Shown here: piece after piece, positions 19,387 through 27,145 of the stretch
How positions within the stretch are numbered: the stretch's first letter is position 1
Layout: each line of letters begins with the position of its first letter
Virus record (IMG/VR): IMGVR_UViG_3300037606_000137
Span: 46,381-110,380 of that record
DNA from: a virus
Direction: 5' to 3' (one strand)
DNA: 64,000 nt
Position numbers and translations under genes: made by a program
Notes under the pieces: generated by a model
The model's input: only the letters and a program-made list of their open reading frames with translations
Told to the model about the DNA's origin: nothing
Databases searched by the model: none

Positions 19387-19506
19387 ATGATAAGTGTAAG
19401 AAATATTTCTTATTCATATTATTATAACTTATTGAAATCTCAATGAGACTGAAATTGTATTTTAACAAATTTTAAGTCCTATTGAGAAATCAGTAGGACT
19501 TTTTTT
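19387..19506 (+). promoter_or_regulatory. Putative attenuator 2: Tyr-rich leader ORF 19387..19446 (MISVRNISYSYYYNLLKSQ) with antiterminator and terminator directly before tRNA-Tyr
   Basis: TCTCAATGAGACT (19438..19450, contains the leader stop) pairs at 12 of 13 positions with AGTCCTATTGAGA of the terminator 5' arm and loop. Confidence 0.8.
19474..19506 (+). terminator. Intrinsic terminator 4 nt before tRNA-Tyr
   Basis: AAGTCCTATTGA-GAAA-TCAGTAGGACTT plus T-run. Confidence 0.9.
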
Positions 19507-19510
19507 ATAA

Positions 19511-19553
19511 CCGACAGTATGCAAGTGGTTAAAGCAGGGGGATTGTAAATCCT
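19511..19553 (+). tRNA. tRNA-Tyr(GTA), 5' part of an interrupted gene
   Basis: CCGACAG acceptor strand, D arm TGC-AAGTGGTTAAA-GCA, anticodon arm GGGGA-TTGTAAA-TCCT. Confidence 0.85.
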
Positions 19554-19598
19554 GTTACAGTCAATTCGAATTTAATATATAAAGATAAAAAACTATAT

Positions 19599-20138
19599 AT
19601 GTGTGATTTGAAAAAATGTGAAAATTGTGATAACGATCATAATGGTGATTATGGAAGTGGAAGATTCTGTTCGAATAAATGTGCTAGAGGATTCTCAACC
19701 AAAAATAAACGAAAAGAAATAAATAAAAAAGTAAGTAATACATTACAGTTAAAATTAAATAATGGATTAACAACACAACAAGTAATACAAAAAAAATATG
19801 CAGCTAAACACGCTTCTTATATTAGAGAAACTGAAATAACTACATTATATGATTTAAGTACACGTACAATAAGTAAAATATTAAAAAGATTAAAATTACC
19901 ATGTTCATTATGTAAATGGTATGTTGAAGATGTTGTTGGTGATTTACATCATATAATAGAAAGAAAAAATGGTGGTTCAAACAATCATGATAATTTAACA
20001 TATGTATGTCCTAATTGTCATAGATTAATTCATTCTAATAAAATAGATAATAGTAAAATAATAAATCTTAAAGATTATATTGGTGACGAATGGAAAAAAT
20101 ATTATTATGTAATCAATAAAAAATTAATAAACAAATAA
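19599..20138 (+). CDS. HNH endonuclease inserted in tRNA-Tyr
   Basis: CSLC...HHIIERKNGGSNNHDNLTYVCPNCHRLIH and an N-terminal Zn motif (RFCSNKCA); TAATATATA box at 19573. Confidence 0.9.
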   Translation: MCDLKKCENCDNDHNGDYGSGRFCSNKCARGFSTKNKRKEINKKVSNTLQLKLNNGLTTQQVIQKKYAAKHASYIRETEITTLYDLSTRTISKILKRLKLPCSLCKWYVEDVVGDLHHIIERKNGGSNNHDNLTYVCPNCHRLIHSNKIDNSKIINLKDYIGDEWKKYYYVINKKLINK

Positions 20139-20142
20139 TTTG

Positions 20143-20185
20143 TTCTCTTCGGAGTTCGTAAGTTCAAATCTTACCTGTCGGACCA
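20143..20185 (+). tRNA. tRNA-Tyr, 3' part with encoded CCA
   Basis: Variable arm CTC-TTCG-GAG, T arm GTAAG-TTCAAAT-CTTAC, then CTGTCGG-A-CCA, perfectly complementary to CCGACAG at 19511. Confidence 0.88.
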
Positions 20186-20351
20186 CAACAATTTTAAGTT
20201 GTACTTCTAATTTTATTAAATTAAAACATAAATATGTTGATGTATTTTTGTTTTAATTTTTTTGTTTATATAATTGTATTCATAACAATTTAAACAAAGT
20301 TAAACAATTCATATATAATACTATAGAAAATATAGTAAATATAGTAAAGCT

Positions 20352-20885
20352 ATGGGAACAATAAAAGATTATATACAAGAAAGAATAACATTAAATCATT
20401 TACCTTTAAATATTAATGAATGTTTAGCTGTTATAGAAACATATGAAACAATATATTCTAATGTTTCAGAGAAAGAACGTTTTTTTTTATTTATCAAAAA
20501 TAAAGTTGGAGAAATACTAACAAATATTGATGAAGATTTGTCTGAAATTTTAGGATGGTTACATGTACATAAAAGTAAACAAGATATAGTTTATTTTTTA
20601 TTTGAAACCGAAGAAGATTATTATAATTGGTTAAGTGTTCGTAAAGATTTATATTTACAATTAAATGAAGATTACACAAGATTATTAAATTTTTTAGAAT
20701 TATCGACTATGGATTTCATTTCTGATATAACTACTAATTGTAATTATATCTTAGAATTAAAAAATAAAAAAACAGATTTTAAAAAAGAAGGATATGGTGT
20801 TGATGTTGAATCAACAATATCATTCATTAAATACTTAGGTGCATCATTTAAAAAAGGATATAACTTTAAACCAACAAAAATATGA
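20352..20885 (+). CDS. Hypothetical protein
   Basis: 177-aa ORF, ATGA-coupled to the next gene. Confidence 0.6.
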   Translation: MGTIKDYIQERITLNHLPLNINECLAVIETYETIYSNVSEKERFFLFIKNKVGEILTNIDEDLSEILGWLHVHKSKQDIVYFLFETEEDYYNWLSVRKDLYLQLNEDYTRLLNFLELSTMDFISDITTNCNYILELKNKKTDFKKEGYGVDVESTISFIKYLGASFKKGYNFKPTKI

Positions 20886-21145
20886 AAATAAAATTTTTGT
20901 TTTTCAATACTTTTGATAGTACCGAACCATGTGATATTAAAATACTTTCTGGTAATAGTTTAAAAGAAATACTTTCAGATAATTATACTATTAATGATAC
21001 ACATTATAACGATTATAATGATATAGAAAAAACATTATTAAATGGTGGTAAAGTTGTACTTGATGAATCATCTGATAAATCAGATGATCCACAATTTTGG
21101 CATGAAGACGATTGGATTATAAAAATAGAAATAATAGAAATATGA
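20882..21145 (+). CDS. Hypothetical protein
   Basis: ATGA coupling. Confidence 0.55.
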   Translation: MKIKFLFFNTFDSTEPCDIKILSGNSLKEILSDNYTINDTHYNDYNDIEKTLLNGGKVVLDESSDKSDDPQFWHEDDWIIKIEIIEI

Positions 21146-21382
21146 ATACAATTAAAATAAGACAATACACACCACCACAATTATCAGTTTTTGATTTCAA
21201 TGATCAATTTATTGGATTTATTAACCATTATGAAGAATTTAAATCGTTACAAAATGATATTTTTAATAATGCTATTACTGGTTATTACGCTACTTATGGT
21301 GAACATAAAATAATTTTTACAGAATTTGGTTATGTTGGTATAGATAATATTATATTTTTAAAATCACTTTATAATATAAAAC

Positions 21383-22297
21383 ATGAATATTAAAAATATT
21401 GATGTTAGTAAAATTTCAGATTTAATTTTATTAACAAAAGATTTAAGAAATTTCAAAAGTGAAATTGTATTAAAAGCAAAATTAGAAGCAATAAACAATT
21501 TTTTTAAAACACATAATTTAGATTCTTGTGTTTTAGGTTTATCTGGTGGTATAGATTCATCAGTTGTTTTAATGTTATTATTAGAAGCATCAAAATTATC
21601 AGAATCACCAATTAAAAAAGTGATTGGTGCATTTATGCCAATTTATTCTCAAGGTATTACTGGACAAGATGCTGCTAATGTATATGTAAATCAATTATTA
21701 TTATTTCTTGCAGAAAGTTATAGTGTATTTAATTATAGAAAAATAGATTTAAGTATAGTTTCAAACGAATATAGTAAAACATTAAATATACGTGATAAAC
21801 GAACAGTTGGACAAATTGATTCTATTATTAGAACACCTGCAATGTATGGTCTTGCTGCTGATTTACAATATAGAAATTTTAAATCTATTGTTGTAGGAAC
21901 TACAAATAGAGATGAAGGTGCATATATCGGATTTTATGGTAAAGCAAGTGATGGAATGAATGATCTTCAACCAATTGCTGATTTACATAAATCAGAAGTT
22001 ATTGAATTAGCAAAATTGTTAAACATTGATAAACATATTATAAATCGTCCACCAATGGGTGATGTTTGGGATGGATCATTAGATGAAGATACAATTGGTG
22101 CACCTTATTGGGCATTAGAAATGTATCAAATACTTATGGAATTTAATGCAACATACTTAATTAATAGAGTTACAAATTGTCCAGAATTAATCAAATATGT
22201 ATTAAATATAGAATCAATTCATAATATAAATGCTCATAAATATATGGTTGGTTCTCCAAGTCATTATATCGATGTAATGAATAGAAAAATAAAATAA
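21383..22297 (+). CDS. nadE: NH3-dependent NAD+ synthetase
   Basis: LGLSGGIDSSV, VVGTTNRDE...GFYGKASDG, PIADLHKSEV; no glutaminase domain. Confidence 0.92.
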   Translation: MNIKNIDVSKISDLILLTKDLRNFKSEIVLKAKLEAINNFFKTHNLDSCVLGLSGGIDSSVVLMLLLEASKLSESPIKKVIGAFMPIYSQGITGQDAANVYVNQLLLFLAESYSVFNYRKIDLSIVSNEYSKTLNIRDKRTVGQIDSIIRTPAMYGLAADLQYRNFKSIVVGTTNRDEGAYIGFYGKASDGMNDLQPIADLHKSEVIELAKLLNIDKHIINRPPMGDVWDGSLDEDTIGAPYWALEMYQILMEFNATYLINRVTNCPELIKYVLNIESIHNINAHKYMVGSPSHYIDVMNRKIK

Positions 22298-22308
22298 TAT
22301 ATAAAAAT

Positions 22309-23343
22309 ATGAAAAAACTTTTAATAAGTATAATGTTCATAATTTCTGTATTTACAGTAATTGGGCAAATAATATATAGTTGGACACCTAATGTAAATCC
22401 AGGTTGGACATCAAGTAATCCATCAGTAAGTACGTTAGGTTGGCAATCTGTTGCTAATATTGTATCTACATCTGACCAAGTTGTAATAAATGGTGGGTGG
22501 TATACATATGATGATTCACAAATAACAACATATACTAGTCCATTAATTAATACAACCTGTTTATTATCTAGTGCTGTTGTAATAAATTTCACTTTAGATA
22601 TAAATTTAGAAAACCGAAGGGATTGGTTATATTTTCAATATTCATCAGATGGTGGAACAACATGGTTAAATCCTGTAGTTACTAGTGGTTCTATTAATAA
22701 TTCTTTTGTAAATTTATCACCATTTCTACCTTTAACAGCATGGGTTAATAATAATTCAAACAGAAATGGTTGGACTAATAATATAGGGGTTATAAATTTA
22801 AGTTATACAATACCATCGTCTATTAATTCAAGATTTAGATTTATTTTTGCTTCGAACTTCGCTGTTAATACATATGGGTCAAATTTTATATATTATGCTG
22901 ATATTTCTGTTTTCCGTATATTATGTACAACACAGTTACCCATTGAGCTTATTGATTTTGTTGGATATAATGAAATTGATAATGTATTAGAATGGGAAAC
23001 AGCTACCGAAAAAAATAATGATTATTTTACATTAGAACATTCAGAAAATGGTACTGATTGGAATATAATCGGTAGAGTTGATGGTAAAGGTGATTCACAA
23101 TCAAAACAATCATATAATTTTAAACATCAAGATTTTAAATTTATAACAAATTATTATAAATTAAGTCAAACAGATTTTGATGGTGTTGTAAGAATATATA
23201 ATAATCATGTAGCAATTAACAACACACAAGGCTTTAAACACATAGTTAGAGTTATTAATTTATTAGGTCAAACAGTTGATATAAATACAACAGGTGTAAA
23301 GATTGTTATATACAGTGATGGAACAATTAAAAAAATAATGTAA
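22309..23343 (+). CDS. Secreted Bacteroidota-type protein with Ig-like domain and T9SS-CTD-like tail
   Basis: Signal peptide ending in GQ; LPIELIDF...LEWETATEKNNDYFTLEHSENG...YYKLSQTDFDG; C-terminal NLLGQTV...YSDGTIKKI. Confidence 0.75.
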   Translation: MKKLLISIMFIISVFTVIGQIIYSWTPNVNPGWTSSNPSVSTLGWQSVANIVSTSDQVVINGGWYTYDDSQITTYTSPLINTTCLLSSAVVINFTLDINLENRRDWLYFQYSSDGGTTWLNPVVTSGSINNSFVNLSPFLPLTAWVNNNSNRNGWTNNIGVINLSYTIPSSINSRFRFIFASNFAVNTYGSNFIYYADISVFRILCTTQLPIELIDFVGYNEIDNVLEWETATEKNNDYFTLEHSENGTDWNIIGRVDGKGDSQSKQSYNFKHQDFKFITNYYKLSQTDFDGVVRIYNNHVAINNTQGFKHIVRVINLLGQTVDINTTGVKIVIYSDGTIKKIM

Positions 23344-23383
23344 AAATATTTTTTTATTTAAATATTTTTTATATATTTGTTAT

Positions 23384-23923
23384 ATGAAAATATTAATAAA
23401 TTATTTAAGTGTACTTTTAGATTTAAAATCATTGATGTTTTATTTTAAACGTTCTTGTGTGATGGTTGAGATTTATAAATCAAATATCTATCATAGATTT
23501 GTACCAGTATCTAATGTTTTAGTTGAATCAGATTATGCTATTAAATTTGGACTTGATTCAAGTCATACTAATCGCATAATTAAAGAAAAAGAAAAAACAA
23601 ATTTACCCATACCTAGAGAATTATATGATAACCGTACAGGATATTATATTGATGGAACACCAATTGTAACTAGATTACATCCATTACATGATAAACAATT
23701 AGTTTGTAAAAAAACAGGTAAAAGATATGTAATTGATACTGTTCATTATACAAATTATTATGGGAAACATATAATGTTAGGTATGCGTCAAGAAGGATCT
23801 AAATCACATAAACATATTACTTGGACTAATATTTCATGCCGTGAACCAGATACAGTTAAATCTATTAAAGAAAATTCAAAAAAATATATAATAGAAGATA
23901 AAACATATTTTGAAGAATATTAA
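23384..23923 (+). CDS. Hypothetical protein
   Basis: ORF after a TATATTTG box. Confidence 0.55.
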   Translation: MKILINYLSVLLDLKSLMFYFKRSCVMVEIYKSNIYHRFVPVSNVLVESDYAIKFGLDSSHTNRIIKEKEKTNLPIPRELYDNRTGYYIDGTPIVTRLHPLHDKQLVCKKTGKRYVIDTVHYTNYYGKHIMLGMRQEGSKSHKHITWTNISCREPDTVKSIKENSKKYIIEDKTYFEEY

Positions 23924-23949
23924 TCAATAAAAAATACAACAATAAAAAC

Positions 23950-24345
23950 ATGAAAAAAATATTAATTTTTTTATTATTATTAATTAGTAATAATTTATTT
24001 ACACAAATAGTAGTAAAAACATATTCAAATGATCATACACTTATATCAAAAATTGAAACCGAAACATCTATTGAAATTAATTTATATTTAAATAAAAAAG
24101 ATATTGCAAAAATTATAAAATTTAATGTATATGATGGTGATGAAAAAATTGCTATGTCTAATTATGAAATTAAAAAAAATAAATTTTATGGTAATATATG
24201 GGATTGTAATTTAGTTGATAGTAATAACAATAAATTCAAAATGTTATTATTAATTTATGAAGATGAAGATGAAGATCAAATAAAAATGATTACATTCTTA
24301 TATAAAGATAAATATATAATATTCACTGGTAATTTAACATATTAA
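23950..24345 (+). CDS. Hypothetical secreted protein
   Basis: Signal peptide MKKILIFLLLLISNNLFTQ. Confidence 0.55.
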   Translation: MKKILIFLLLLISNNLFTQIVVKTYSNDHTLISKIETETSIEINLYLNKKDIAKIIKFNVYDGDEKIAMSNYEIKKNKFYGNIWDCNLVDSNNNKFKMLLLIYEDEDEDQIKMITFLYKDKYIIFTGNLTY

Positions 24346-24347
24346 AA

Positions 24348-24743
24348 ATGATTAAAAGTATAACAGATATTAAAATAAGTAAACCATTATTATTAATAAG
24401 TGAAATACGTAAAGATTTTCCTAATAAACCATTTCATGAAATTAAAGAATTTGTTGTTTCATTAATTAAAAATAAAGAATTATTAGTAAGTGATAATTCT
24501 GAAAATCAAGAAATATATAGATTATTAATTTATTCTGATAATATTGTTGGTGTTTTTAAAAACATAGACGAAGATAATTATACAGAACCATCTAAGAACA
24601 ATACAGAATTAATTAATAATGTATTAGAAAACAAATTAGGTTTAACTGATTCGGAAAGATGGTTTAATATACAAACTAAAGAAAATAAAGAATACGTTAA
24701 ACAATTATCAATTATTTTTAACCCAAATTTAATAGCACACTAA
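24348..24743 (+). CDS. Hypothetical protein
   Basis: TAATG-coupled to the next gene. Confidence 0.55.
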   Translation: MIKSITDIKISKPLLLISEIRKDFPNKPFHEIKEFVVSLIKNKELLVSDNSENQEIYRLLIYSDNIVGVFKNIDEDNYTEPSKNNTELINNVLENKLGLTDSERWFNIQTKENKEYVKQLSIIFNPNLIAH

Positions 24744-25255
24744 TGAAATTATTTATACCGGAAATTGGAACTGAATTTATACTAACTAAAGATTGGTTAT
24801 TTAAATTAATTCTTGAAAAAAGAAATAATAAATTAATTAAAAGATTTTATCCAAATTATTATAATGAGTCATATTCATATTACAGTTATGTAATTGCTGA
24901 TATTCTTGAATTTAAAGGTCAAGTATTACAATCAAATATATTACATGCACTTATAAATAATATACCATATAGAAGTGATATGACAAAAGATGGAAGAACA
25001 CAATTTAAATTAGATTTATATAATTTATGGATGGATAATCCAACAGAATGGATAGCTGAAGAAAAATTAGATGCAATATGTTTACCAGTTGGAACAGTAT
25101 TAAAAGTAGATCGTATTTATATTCGTAAAGGTAAAGATATGTCAAATTATTCATCTATATCATTTTATGCACAATTACCAGGTGATAAATCAAAAATTAG
25201 ATTTTTTGCAAAACTTGATGATGTGAATACAATTGAATGTGAATTAAAATTATAA
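24743..25255 (+). CDS. Hypothetical phage protein
   Basis: 170-aa ORF containing LPVGTVLKVDRIYIRKG. Confidence 0.6.
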   Translation: MKLFIPEIGTEFILTKDWLFKLILEKRNNKLIKRFYPNYYNESYSYYSYVIADILEFKGQVLQSNILHALINNIPYRSDMTKDGRTQFKLDLYNLWMDNPTEWIAEEKLDAICLPVGTVLKVDRIYIRKGKDMSNYSSISFYAQLPGDKSKIRFFAKLDDVNTIECELKL

Positions 25256-25530
25256 TATTTTCACTATTGAAATTATATGTATATATTTGTATCAATAATA
25301 TTATAATTAAAAAATGATTAAACTTAATGAATTAATTGAATTAGGATTTTATGTTAATATACATAATAATAATGAATATTTTCTATATGGTTGGGAATAT
25401 TTATATGTAGTTAGTTCTTGTGATTTTTTTTGTATATATGATGGTTGTGGTGAAGAAGAGTTTATAGCAAAAATATATAATTTAGAACATTTAAAAGAAA
25501 TTATAGAATTATTACCAGAAAATAATTAAT

Positions 25531-25917
25531 ATGGAAAAACATTTTGTATCATATGATATTGCATTAGTATTAAAAGAATTAGGTTTTGATGAAATGTGTT
25601 TTGGTTATTATTATAATCAAGGAGATCTTAAAATAACAAGTGGTATTTATAATTTGACTAAAACTTGTATATTGGCACCAATATATGATCAAGTATTTGA
25701 TTATATTAGTACTATTTTTAAAATTGATTGTAATATTATATCTTTTGGAAATAAATTAAATTGTTGGGAATTTACTATTTGTAATATAGTTAATTCAAAA
25801 GATGATAATTTGGATTATGATTCATCATATAATGAATTATTATTTGATACACCAAAAGATGCAAAAGATGCATGTTTGAAGATGGTTATTGATATAATAC
25901 AAAGAAAAAATGGATAA
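25531..25917 (+). CDS. Hypothetical phage protein
   Basis: FVSYDIALVLKELGFDEMC N-terminus; overlap-coupled to the next gene. Confidence 0.6.
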   Translation: MEKHFVSYDIALVLKELGFDEMCFGYYYNQGDLKITSGIYNLTKTCILAPIYDQVFDYISTIFKIDCNIISFGNKLNCWEFTICNIVNSKDDNLDYDSSYNELLFDTPKDAKDACLKMVIDIIQRKNG

Positions 25918-26707
25918 AATAGTACATAGGACAAAACCAAATAAAAAATCTTTACCAGGTTTTTTTGAACCAACTATAGAAATTAATTTACATCCACATC
26001 CTAGTATTCAAACAATACCTGGATTTTCTAGTGATGATGCAGTAATTTTAACAAATATATTATCTAAAGATGTGTGTAATAAATTAATCGATTATATGCA
26101 CACATCAGATAACTTTGAAAGTGTTGGTGTTCAAGGAATGATAGATAACGAAGACAAAAAAATTGGGTCTCTTAGAACGAGTATATGGACACCAAATGTT
26201 GCAGAACAAATTTGGGATAAAATTAAAACATATTTGTCAATACAACATTGTGATAATAATAAAGCAACTGATTGGTGGCAAGGATTATGTCATAGTGTGA
26301 TAACATATAATAATGTGACAACATATGTACCTGTTGCAGTTTCACCATTATTACGATTTATGAAATATGGTAAAAATGGTCAACATTATGCTCATTATGA
26401 TGCATCATTTATTTATCCTGATAATGAATATCGATCATTAAAATCGATGATTATTTATTTAACATCAAATGATGGAGCAGCAACTAGATTTATTAATGAT
26501 GGACAATCTGATATTGATATTTGGAACCGTAAACATGAAGATTGGAATAGACCAGTAACTGATGATGAAATTATTGGTAAATCTGAATGTATTCAGGGTA
26601 ATGTATTAATTTTTGATCATAGAATTTGTCATGATGTTCAAAAATATATGGGTGATGATGTTAGAATTATTATCAGAGGTGATATAATTTATAAATTAAA
26701 TATATGA
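25910..26707 (+). CDS. 2OG-Fe(II) oxygenase (prolyl-4-hydroxylase-like)
   Basis: LRFMKY...HYD (HxD), IYL, FDHRICHDV and IIRGD. Confidence 0.85.
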   Translation: MDKIVHRTKPNKKSLPGFFEPTIEINLHPHPSIQTIPGFSSDDAVILTNILSKDVCNKLIDYMHTSDNFESVGVQGMIDNEDKKIGSLRTSIWTPNVAEQIWDKIKTYLSIQHCDNNKATDWWQGLCHSVITYNNVTTYVPVAVSPLLRFMKYGKNGQHYAHYDASFIYPDNEYRSLKSMIIYLTSNDGAATRFINDGQSDIDIWNRKHEDWNRPVTDDEIIGKSECIQGNVLIFDHRICHDVQKYMGDDVRIIIRGDIIYKLNI

Positions 26708-27123
26708 AAAAAATAGAAGAATTAAAAAACGAATTACAACAATATCAAAAAGATTATATCAAAATTTCGGCAGAAAGAAGATTTTTAAAAAAAATTATTT
26801 TATCAACATTAAAAAATATTGATAATTTAGAACCAAAATCAGTATTTTTTAATATACATGCAAAATTAATTTACCGTGATGTAGATTTATGTGTAGATTT
26901 TATTAGAGAAAATTCTAGTGTAACATCAACACAACTAATTACATATTTAAATACGATATTAACAGATCTTGAAAAAAGATGGCCAGAAGATAAACCATTA
27001 GATGGAAATTATTTTATGGCACGTGTTGGTAATAAATTAAAATTGGATTCTCGTATACGATATGAAAAGAATGGTATTGGTATGGCTGGAAAAAAAACAA
27101 CAATTTGGGAAATTAAAATATAA
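26704..27123 (+). CDS. Hypothetical protein
   Basis: ATGA coupling. Confidence 0.55.
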   Translation: MKKIEELKNELQQYQKDYIKISAERRFLKKIILSTLKNIDNLEPKSVFFNIHAKLIYRDVDLCVDFIRENSSVTSTQLITYLNTILTDLEKRWPEDKPLDGNYFMARVGNKLKLDSRIRYEKNGIGMAGKKTTIWEIKI

Positions 27124-27145
27124 TAATTATAACTATATTTACAAC

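Noticed and set aside
18632-19468. Minus-strand ORFs 18632..18862 and 19148..19468
   Set aside because: They are antisense to tRNA genes and the leader; shadow ORFs.
19554-20142. Calling the tRNA-Tyr insert a canonical group I intron
   Set aside because: The junctions fit U|...G|, but I could not identify core helices and there is almost no non-coding space; left as an open question in the findings.
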